IMG/VR virus record: IMGVR_UViG_3300042460_000519
Location: 1,638 to 65,637 of that record
Length of the DNA stretch: 64,000 bases
DNA from: a virus
Lineage: Duplodnaviria > Caudoviricetes
Direction: 5' to 3' (one strand)
Below are positions 29,450 through 38,100 of this stretch, one piece after another. The translations under genes and the position numbers were made by a program. The notes under the pieces are model-generated. The model did no database searches, was not told the DNA's origin, and saw nothing but the letters and a program-made list of their open reading frames with translations. Position 1 is the first letter of the stretch; the number at the start of each line of letters is the position of its first letter.

Positions 29450-30889
29450 ATGAGTTGTTCAAATAATATAACCCCTTGTGGATGTGGAAATAATCCATGT
29501 GGATGTGGAACTTCATCAAATGATGTTGTATACCAAGGACCTAATTTATCATGCACTGGTGTAACAAATTGTGACACTGTTACAGAAGCAATATCAACAA
29601 TAGATGGATTTATTTGTAGTCCAGAAATGGTTCAAAATATTATTAATAATATTTTAAATAATACAAATCTATATAATCAGTTTACATCAATTGTAAATAA
29701 TACAGTTGATTGTCAAACAGTGTGGGATTGTATTAACGCATCATCAACCACTACTACATCTACCACTGCAATTCCTTGTGTTTGTACTACATATTTTATA
29801 GCAGGGTCGATGTTTAATCCTGGTGCTGTAACATATGTTCCTTGTGGAGCAACTCAAGTTGTTACAATACAAGTAACTGATATTGTTGAAGAGATATGTG
29901 TTGATAATACATATGGTGTTATTGCAACAGGAAGTGCAAGTTTCAGTAATACATTTGATTGTTGTGTTGCATCAACCACTACAACCACCACTTTGGCTCC
30001 AACCATTACAACAACAACCACAATACCACCAACTACCACAACTACAAGTTCTAGTTCAACAAGCACTTCTACAAGTACGTCTACATCAACTAGTACATCT
30101 ACTAGTACTAGCACTTCTACTTCAACAAGTACTAGTACAAGTACAACAACAACAAGTTCTAGTTCTACAACAACAACCACAACTATTAAACCTAGTTGTT
30201 CAGTATATGAACTAGAAACTACAGGTCCTGGTTCAGGTCTTGGAGAATGTGATTGGTCAGGTATAGATTGTAATACAGGTCTTCCAGTTGGAGCAACAAT
30301 TCCATACCCTGGTACTACTAGTACAGGATGTATAGTTGATAGTTCATTAGTATTAGGATCTAAAGTGGCAGTAATTTCTTCTATATCTTGTGATCCTATT
30401 GTATGGGAAGTAGATTCTCCTGGTTGTTGTGATACATCAGGACGTGAATTTATAGAACTACCTTATGATACTGTTCTAGGTGATACTGTATATGCCACAG
30501 ATGGAAATTGCTATAGAGCAGTAAACACTTCTGTAGCATCTCCAACAATAACATTAGGAGATTCTACTATTTACACTGATTGTAATGACTGTGTAGCTGC
30601 ACATCCTTGTCCAACTACAACCACTACAACTACTTTACTAACATGTAAAATATGGAATTGGGAAGCTATAGGACTTAATGATTCAGGTTTAGAATATACA
30701 AATTGTGATAATGTATTTACAGTTATTCCTGTAATAGATATAACAAATAATTCAGGAAGTATATGTGTTTATCCAGGTACAACTCCTATTTGGAATCCTG
30801 GACCATCATTAGGTACTCATGAATTAGGAACAAATAATATACCTTGTGGAACACCAGCAACAACAACTACCACTACGACAGTCGTTTAA
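29450..30889 (+). CDS. Thr/Ser-rich modular fibre protein (type B anchor)
   Basis: N-domain paralogous to 25734..26840; four Cys modules; ends TTTTTTTVV. Confidence 0.75.
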   Translation: MSCSNNITPCGCGNNPCGCGTSSNDVVYQGPNLSCTGVTNCDTVTEAISTIDGFICSPEMVQNIINNILNNTNLYNQFTSIVNNTVDCQTVWDCINASSTTTTSTTAIPCVCTTYFIAGSMFNPGAVTYVPCGATQVVTIQVTDIVEEICVDNTYGVIATGSASFSNTFDCCVASTTTTTTLAPTITTTTTIPPTTTTTSSSSTSTSTSTSTSTSTSTSTSTSTSTSTSTSTTTTSSSSTTTTTTIKPSCSVYELETTGPGSGLGECDWSGIDCNTGLPVGATIPYPGTTSTGCIVDSSLVLGSKVAVISSISCDPIVWEVDSPGCCDTSGREFIELPYDTVLGDTVYATDGNCYRAVNTSVASPTITLGDSTIYTDCNDCVAAHPCPTTTTTTTLLTCKIWNWEAIGLNDSGLEYTNCDNVFTVIPVIDITNNSGSICVYPGTTPIWNPGPSLGTHELGTNNIPCGTPATTTTTTTVV

Positions 30890-30906
30890 CTTAAAACCAA
30901 CGTATT

Positions 30907-31557
30907 ATGACAGTATTAATAACCTTAACTATAGCAGGAACTGATTCAGGCCCTTTTGACCTTTATTCAAACCTTGATGGATATCTATCAGCTTTTGAGT
31001 CAGCTGTACCTAAAGCGTCATTACTTGCAGGATATCCATCATCTTTTGTTCCTGATTTCACAACAACTATTAGAGTGAGATCAAACAATCCATTCTGTAC
31101 AAATTATGTTGATATTCCTGTACAAGAACCAACTACAACTACAACTACAACTCCTAGTCCCACTTTACCTTTGGGATCTTCAATAGGTTTTCCAGGTCCA
31201 GATACTTGTACAAGTCTAACAGTTACTTCTAGTTTTACAGATGGTGGGGGTACTTTAACTCAACGAGGAATATGTTATAACACAACTGGAAATCCAAGTT
31301 TTGCTGATTCTATATTTGAAGGACCAGTTGTTACAGGTATTTCAACTGTTGATGTTACAGGTTTAACTCCTGGTACTACTTACTATTGGAGAGCTTATGC
31401 TATTAATGAAATTGGTATTGGTTATTATCCAACTGTTTTATCTAATCCAACAGGATTTGTGTTTTCTACAGCTCCTTGTTCAACTAGTACAAGTACAAGT
31501 ACAACTACTGTTGATCCAGGTACTACAACCACCACAACCACTGGTCCAGTATTATAA
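30907..31557 (+). CDS. Type A anchor plus fibronectin type III-like domain
   Basis: GPFDLYS N-domain; DGGG..TQRGICY...GLTPGTTYYWRAYAINEIG is a Bacteroidota FN3 signature. Confidence 0.75.
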   Translation: MTVLITLTIAGTDSGPFDLYSNLDGYLSAFESAVPKASLLAGYPSSFVPDFTTTIRVRSNNPFCTNYVDIPVQEPTTTTTTTPSPTLPLGSSIGFPGPDTCTSLTVTSSFTDGGGTLTQRGICYNTTGNPSFADSIFEGPVVTGISTVDVTGLTPGTTYYWRAYAINEIGIGYYPTVLSNPTGFVFSTAPCSTSTSTSTTTVDPGTTTTTTTGPVL

Positions 31558-31595
31558 TATAATTAACCTTGTTTTTGTTGGTTTAACAAGGTTTT

Positions 31596-31626
31596 CTTCC
31601 AGGGGCAACTCTGGAAGTTTTTATTT
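31596..31626 (+). terminator. Intrinsic terminator ending the fibre block
   Basis: CTTCCAGGG-GCAA-CTCTGGAAG followed by TTTTTATTT. Confidence 0.8.
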
Positions 31627-31645
31627 ATAACTATTTTAGTTATAA
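31625..31645. promoter_or_regulatory. 21-bp palindromic site, copy 3 (perfect arms)
   Basis: TTATAACTA-TTT-TAGTTATAA; extra half site at 31657-64; -7-like TATCTTTA at 31696-703. Confidence 0.65.
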
Positions 31646-31731
31646 AGAATTAGATCTATAACTAAAAAGATTGTTAACTATAAAAACAATTTTTTTATCT
31701 TTACAATATTTTTTAACTAATATGAATACAT

Positions 31732-32946
31732 ATGTCTGATTATCAAAGCTTATTAGGTCAATTAGAAGAATTACTAACACAAAAAAAGAGTAAGAAATTC
31801 TATGCTCAAAGACTTGGAATAAGTGAATTTGAAGTTACTGAGCTTTTGAAGGAGCTTAGAGAGAAGGACAATTATCAAAATGTAGAAGGAAAGAGTTATA
31901 TAGAAGAGCGAAAGGTAAATGTTGAAAAGGGTACAATAGAAAGTACAATCGTATCAGACTTTGATCCTAAAGATGATCTTGAACTAGCTAAGCTACACAA
32001 GATAAATCTAGATAAATACACCATAACCAACTACTGGTCTAAGATGTTACCAAGTGGAAAGTTCACTTCCTCAGTGTTCTCCAAGAAGAAAGAAGCAAAA
32101 GATTACTCACCTGAAGACTTTGCTAAGTTTTTAGAAAACTACAAACCAAAAGAAATTAAATTAAATGTAGTAAAGTCTACTATTAATACAGAAACTATTG
32201 ATTTAGAAATATCAATAGCTGATTTTCATTTAGCTAAAAAAACATTAGAAGGTGAAAGTATTCAAACAAAGAAAGAACAATTTTTATATGTATTAGTAGA
32301 TTTATTAAGTAAAGCTAAAGCTTCTTTTGATATAAAAACTATTATATTTCCAATATCAAATGATTTCTTTCACACAGATAATTACCAAAATCAAACTACA
32401 AATGGTACTCCTCAAGATGTTCTTACAGGATATGATAATGAATATGAAGAAGGGTTTGATTTATTAGTTACAGCTATATCAATATTAAAAGCATATTCAG
32501 ATAACGTTGAAGTGATCCTTGTACAAGGTAATCATGATAGAACTAAATCATTTTATTTGGCACACGCTTTGGATGTATTTTTCTCAAGTGTTTCTAATGT
32601 TACATTTCAAAGAGAACATTCAACAACAAAGGTTGTTATATTAGGAAATACATTTATTGGTTATCATCATGGTAACTGTAAGATAGAAGATCTTCCTTTG
32701 TTATTTGCAACAGGTAATAATAGTGAAGCTTTTGGATGTTCTAAATACAGAGAGGTACATACAGGAGATAAACATCATTATATGGCTAAAGAAGTCAAAG
32801 GGGTTAGAATACAACAAATGCCTAGTCTTTCTGGAACAGATAGATGGCACTTAGATAATAATTATATTAATAACATAAGAGCTGGAATAGCTACAGTGTA
32901 TCATCCTGTTAAAGGACGCATTGCAGAATTTGAATCTCGTATATAA
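31732..32946 (+). CDS. Calcineurin-like metallophosphoesterase with N-terminal HTH-like segment
   Basis: IADFH, NDFFHTD, VQGNHD, GYHHG and HTGDKHH motifs; N-terminal YAQRLGISEFEV. Confidence 0.8.
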   Translation: MSDYQSLLGQLEELLTQKKSKKFYAQRLGISEFEVTELLKELREKDNYQNVEGKSYIEERKVNVEKGTIESTIVSDFDPKDDLELAKLHKINLDKYTITNYWSKMLPSGKFTSSVFSKKKEAKDYSPEDFAKFLENYKPKEIKLNVVKSTINTETIDLEISIADFHLAKKTLEGESIQTKKEQFLYVLVDLLSKAKASFDIKTIIFPISNDFFHTDNYQNQTTNGTPQDVLTGYDNEYEEGFDLLVTAISILKAYSDNVEVILVQGNHDRTKSFYLAHALDVFFSSVSNVTFQREHSTTKVVILGNTFIGYHHGNCKIEDLPLLFATGNNSEAFGCSKYREVHTGDKHHYMAKEVKGVRIQQMPSLSGTDRWHLDNNYINNIRAGIATVYHPVKGRIAEFESRI

Positions 32947-32954
32947 TACAAAAT

Positions 32955-33683
32955 ATGTCAACAGGTAGAAAATTAGTATCAGATGTTAGAAGCACACACA
33001 AGTTGCTATCTACTGATTCTTTGATTACAGACAGAGCAATACTTAGTGAAATAAGAAATAATTCTTTATTATTAATTAAGAGAGAAACAAACCTTAGAAA
33101 ACTTTGGGCAACAGATACATTGTTCACTACTATTCCTTGTTTAGAAATGTGTGAAGTTCCTCTTTCTGAATGTTGTGATTATGTAGACGAATGTACAATA
33201 GCTAGAAGCAAAGAAAAGATTCCACGTATATCAGAAGGTAATTACCAATATGTAATACAAGGAGTGTATTCTATTAATGCATTAGGAGGGCAAGGAAAGA
33301 AGCTAAAAGAAATATCTGTTAATAGATATATAAATCTTCTAAAGCTTCCTATTATTAAAAATGAAGCATACTTTTGGATTACCAATGGATATCTATATGT
33401 AAACAATCCATTATTACAAGCAGTTAGATTTGTTGCTTTCTTTGAAGAAGATGTGACAAATGATATTCTCTATCCTGAAGATTGTGATTGTGGAAAGCAA
33501 TTTACATTAGAAGAAATATGTATAAATCCATTAGATAAAAAGTTCCCTCTTCCTGGATATCTAGAACAACAAGTGTTACAATTAACTTCTCAAAAGCTTC
33601 TATCTACATATTTCAATATTAAAACTGATATTACAGCAGATGGTGTAGATGGACAAGCCCCTAATTCAAAAGCAACTAGTTAA
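32955..33683 (+). CDS. Tail ring/neck protein
   Basis: 242 aa; TDRAIL...PCLEM..VP...CC pattern and synteny with the crAss-like tail block. Confidence 0.55.
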   Translation: MSTGRKLVSDVRSTHKLLSTDSLITDRAILSEIRNNSLLLIKRETNLRKLWATDTLFTTIPCLEMCEVPLSECCDYVDECTIARSKEKIPRISEGNYQYVIQGVYSINALGGQGKKLKEISVNRYINLLKLPIIKNEAYFWITNGYLYVNNPLLQAVRFVAFFEEDVTNDILYPEDCDCGKQFTLEEICINPLDKKFPLPGYLEQQVLQLTSQKLLSTYFNIKTDITADGVDGQAPNSKATS

Positions 33684-33686
33684 TAA

Positions 33687-34169
33687 ATGGCAAGAGTAAA
33701 AGTTGAATGGAGGAGCGCAAGCAAGGATAATTATATAGATTTTTGCTCAAAGAATCCAAATATTATTTTGACATTCAATGAATGGAGGAATATCATATAT
33801 TCATTCAATGAAGAATATAAACAATACATATTAGAAACAGGAGAGAAGGTAAAGCTTCCATTTGGACTAGGAGAGTTCTCTATAATCAAAAAGAAAAGAA
33901 AAAGAATAAATGATGTTAATGGTAGAGAGTTTATTAATCTTCCTATTGATTGGCAAAAAACTAAACAGAAAGGAAAGGTTATATATAATTTCAATTACCA
34001 CACAGAAGGATTTTTCTTTGGTTGGCAATGGTTTAAAAAAATAACTAGGTTTAGACATTCTGATCTTTGGTATTTTAAACCATCAAGAATAACATCAAGA
34101 CTATTGTCTCACTATATAAAAGCTGATGATAAGTATAAAGACTTATACAGAGAATGGAACATTAAATAA
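33687..34169 (+). CDS. IHF-like protein of the tail block
   Basis: GEKVKLPFGLGEFSI...IDWQKT; crAss-like phages carry an IHF-like gene just before the tail tube gene. Confidence 0.7.
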   Translation: MARVKVEWRSASKDNYIDFCSKNPNIILTFNEWRNIIYSFNEEYKQYILETGEKVKLPFGLGEFSIIKKKRKRINDVNGREFINLPIDWQKTKQKGKVIYNFNYHTEGFFFGWQWFKKITRFRHSDLWYFKPSRITSRLLSHYIKADDKYKDLYREWNIK

Positions 34170-34177
34170 TAAAAACG

Positions 34178-35146
34178 ATGAGTTACTACTATAAATATAA
34201 TTTTGTTAGTCCTGAACCAGTATATGCCACTGTTAAAGAAGAGCTTAAAAGCTATTTTGATACAGGTGCAGTGGATGATCTTTTATTTCCAACCTATCTT
34301 GACAAGTGCTTACAAAAACTTGGAAGAACAACATATGTTATTTCTGAAGAAGTTTTATATATAGAAGACTTTCAAGCTAGACTTCCTGACAACTTTTATG
34401 CTGTAAGAGAAGCTTGGATGTTAGTTGAGATTCCTCAATTTCCATATCAATCAGCTAATTCATTATATACACAAGCAGCATCATCCACTACAATACAAAT
34501 TGTTCCTGTAACATCAGGTGGAGTTCCTTGTACTAATGTTGCATGCACTACAGGGTGTCCTGAATGTATGCCAGAACTTATACAAGCTGTATACAAAACT
34601 AATCAACAAATGACAAGGTCATATAGACAATCATATCTTCTTAAGCCAGGTAATATATCTGCAAGAAGTAATTGTTCTGTAGATTATTCAAATGATTTAG
34701 ATTTATATGGGCAACACATTCATGTTGGTACAAATACTCCAGGATCATCTAGTTTTGATTCATTTGACATTAGAGATAATAAAATTGTAACTAATTTTAG
34801 AAATGCAACAATACAATTAGTGTTCTATGCTACAGAATATGATGAGGTGGGTAGTCAGTTGATTCCTGATAACTATCGTATTAGAGAATACGTAGAAGCA
34901 TTTATCAAATTCAAAGTATTTGAAATGCTTAGTAATCAAACTAATGATGAAACGTTTAATCAGTTACAACAAAAGCTTGTATATTACAAACAGTTGTATG
35001 ATGAAGCATTTATAATGGCAAGTATAGAGGTTAAGAAACAAGATGTCTATACCAAGCAAAGAAGAATAACACAAGATCTTAATAGATTCAATATGTACGA
35101 ACTTCCTAATAGAACAAATCGTTATGGAAGAAGAAGAAATAATTAA
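34178..35146 (+). CDS. Tail tubular/ring protein
   Basis: 322 aa between the IHF-like gene and the tail stabilisation gene; ARLPDNF and LIPDN motifs. Confidence 0.65.
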   Translation: MSYYYKYNFVSPEPVYATVKEELKSYFDTGAVDDLLFPTYLDKCLQKLGRTTYVISEEVLYIEDFQARLPDNFYAVREAWMLVEIPQFPYQSANSLYTQAASSTTIQIVPVTSGGVPCTNVACTTGCPECMPELIQAVYKTNQQMTRSYRQSYLLKPGNISARSNCSVDYSNDLDLYGQHIHVGTNTPGSSSFDSFDIRDNKIVTNFRNATIQLVFYATEYDEVGSQLIPDNYRIREYVEAFIKFKVFEMLSNQTNDETFNQLQQKLVYYKQLYDEAFIMASIEVKKQDVYTKQRRITQDLNRFNMYELPNRTNRYGRRRNN

Positions 35147-35148
35147 TC

Positions 35149-38100
35149 ATGACAGATAATACATCTCAAGATAGTACACCACAAGGAAACATTAAATTAG
35201 AATATAATGTTGCTTCAACAGGTTTAAATTTAGATAACACTGTTAATCAAGTATCTAAAGGGCAATTGACGTATGCATTAAATGCATCTGTTGAAAACTT
35301 TGATTCTTCATCAGTTAATTATCAAAATGAACCAGGGAATGAAGCATGTATAACTTTTCCAAATGAGTTTGTTTTAATAGGAGCACATTTTATTCAAGAA
35401 AAAAATAAACATATATTCTTTATCACAAATCCAATTACAGAAGAATCTGAAATTGGATTTATGGAAAATAATGATTGTCAGTATCAAACATTAGTTAACG
35501 CTAGTTGTTTAAATTTTAATATAAACTATCCAATACATAAAGTTGTACATAAGATTACAAATTGTACAACAGAGATATATTGGACAGATGGATTTAATCC
35601 TAGAAGATATTTAGATATTGAAAACATTCCTTGGAAATTAAAAGTTACTTCAAATCTTTGTGATCCTACTCCTGATATAGGTAATTTAGATTGTAATCAA
35701 TTAAAGTTACAACCTAATTTTAATATTCCAGAATTATCAATAGTTGATATTAGAAATGGTGGTGATTTAACTTCTGGTACATATCAATTTGCAATACAAT
35801 ATTCTGATGCATCTGGTAATCCATATACATCATATTATTCTGTTACAAATCCATGCCCTATTGCTGACATACGTACAACCACTCCAAATTTTAATTATCA
35901 AGTAGGAAAATCTATTGTTATAAGTATTGATAATCTTGATGAAACAGGACTTTTTCAATATTTTAATTTAGCAGTTATAAAAACAATAAATGACATTCCA
36001 TCTGTAGAATTAGTTGGGACATATTTTATTGATCAATCAATAAAAAATATTACATACACAGGACAGAATCAAACACAAATAAGACTTACGATACAAGATA
36101 TATTTGAAAAGTTTCCTTATTACGAATTAGCAAATGATCTAACAGCTGTACAAGACGTTCTTGTATGGAATGGACTTACATCTATAGATAGAATAAACTA
36201 TCAATCTATTGCTACTCAAATTACTTTACAGTGGCAAACATATAAAATACCTGCTACAGAAAACTATGCTGATGAATTAAATGCTACAAACTTGCGTGGT
36301 TATCTACGTGATGAGGTGTATGCATTTGAGATTGTATTCTTATTAAGAAATGGAAAACAAACAGATGGTTTTCATATTCCTGGAAGATTAAAAAATGTTA
36401 ATGAAGCATATCCAGATGTACCTAATACAAATTCTGATTTTATAGGAAATGGAACTTCTGCTCCTTATTGGAAGATATATAATACAGCTTCTGTAACAGG
36501 AACTGCTTTAGGAGATCCAATTGGAAATGCCACTCCATATCAATATGGTGAATTTGCTTATTGGGAATCAGAAGATGTTTATCCTTGTAATATAGATCTT
36601 TGGGGAGATCTTGCAGATCAACCTATTAGACATCATAAGTTTCCAGATGTTCTTGTAAGTCCTATATTTGAATCAGTAATTTTTGGTGGAGCATCATCAA
36701 TGGTTATGCAAAATGACGCTGTATTTCCTATAGGAGTTAAAATTGATATAGATCAAGTAAGAAATTTAATTATAACATCTTCTCTTACAAAAAGTCAAAA
36801 AGATGATATTATTGGATTTAAAATAGTTAGAGGAAATAGAGGAACAAATAAATCAATTATTGCCAAAGGTATTCTTAGAAATGTTAACTCTTATAAAAGA
36901 GAAGAGCAAGAATTCTATTTTCCAAACTACCCATATAATGATCTTGATGTAGACCCTTTCTTAAATCAAAATAATAATGCATGGTTGCAAACAGCAGAAC
37001 CATGGTTGATCATTGGAGAAGCACTTGAAAATGGTAAAATTATAATTCAATATACAGATTGTAATACTGGAAAGCTTACAACAAGAGACGATATAGTTGC
37101 TGGACAAACAATAGAAATATGTGCAATTACACGTCCTATAACATTACAAGGAAAAGCTCTTATTGGTCCAGGTAATTATGATGTTTGGTATTCTAATGCT
37201 TGTGGAGGTTGTAGAGGATATAGATTTTCTTGGGCAGATCCATTTACAGATAATAATCTTGCTTTAGTAGATAACGATCCTTATTTAGAAGGTTGTGGAA
37301 TTTTTCCTGGATGTTTTTTTGGATGCGATGAAGAATGGGCTAGGGTTGATGTTGGTGGAATAGCTAGAACAGATTGTAATAATAGTTTTTGGGATGGATT
37401 TTGTAAATGCGATGCTTCTACTTTAGACGCTGCTCAAGTAGGATACACAACTCAACCAATCAATGTTATAGATCTTAATGGTGGTACAATAAAACATCCT
37501 AGAATAGGAAGAAGATCTTCTTTAAAAACTAAAGAACAAGTTCCTTTACCAGCATTATCTCTATCTCAAGATACAAATTATAGATATGTATTTAACTCTC
37601 CTGAAACATCATTTGGTCAACCTTTTCTAGGAACTATATTAAAACTTGAGAATGTAATATATGGTGCAGGAAAAGGTCATTTTGTACAAGTTAAAAATAA
37701 TGCTAAATATAAATTACTTTCAGAAGAAGCTCAGAGAGATGCATATGCTAGTTCAGATAAAATTGCAAATCTTGGATCATATAATGCCACTGCTTTATTT
37801 ACAGCATATCAAACATACCTACAAATATATATAAATGGTATAACAAGAAAGAACTATGCTTATTCGTTTAACTCAATAGCTAATTATGATTATTGGGCAT
37901 CTATAAATAATAATCTTGGAATTAAACAAAGAGAAATAGATTATACACAATACTTAATTCCTGGTGTACAATCTGTAGGAGATCCTAATGGAATAGTTAT
38001 GAATAACTTCCAACGTGAATCTTCTGTATTTATTAAAACAATAGAAGATAGAAATGGTATTCCTGTTACAGCTATACCTTTTCCTAGCAATAGTCCAGAA

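Noticed and set aside
23786-30215. Antisense poly-Val/Leu ORFs (23786, 26934, 28340, 29854 and others)
   Set aside because: They are reverse-complement shadows of the Thr/Ser codon tracts.
23583-31557. Diversity-generating retroelement acting on fibre genes
   Set aside because: No reverse transcriptase in the window, and the repeated modules differ at all base types rather than only at adenines.
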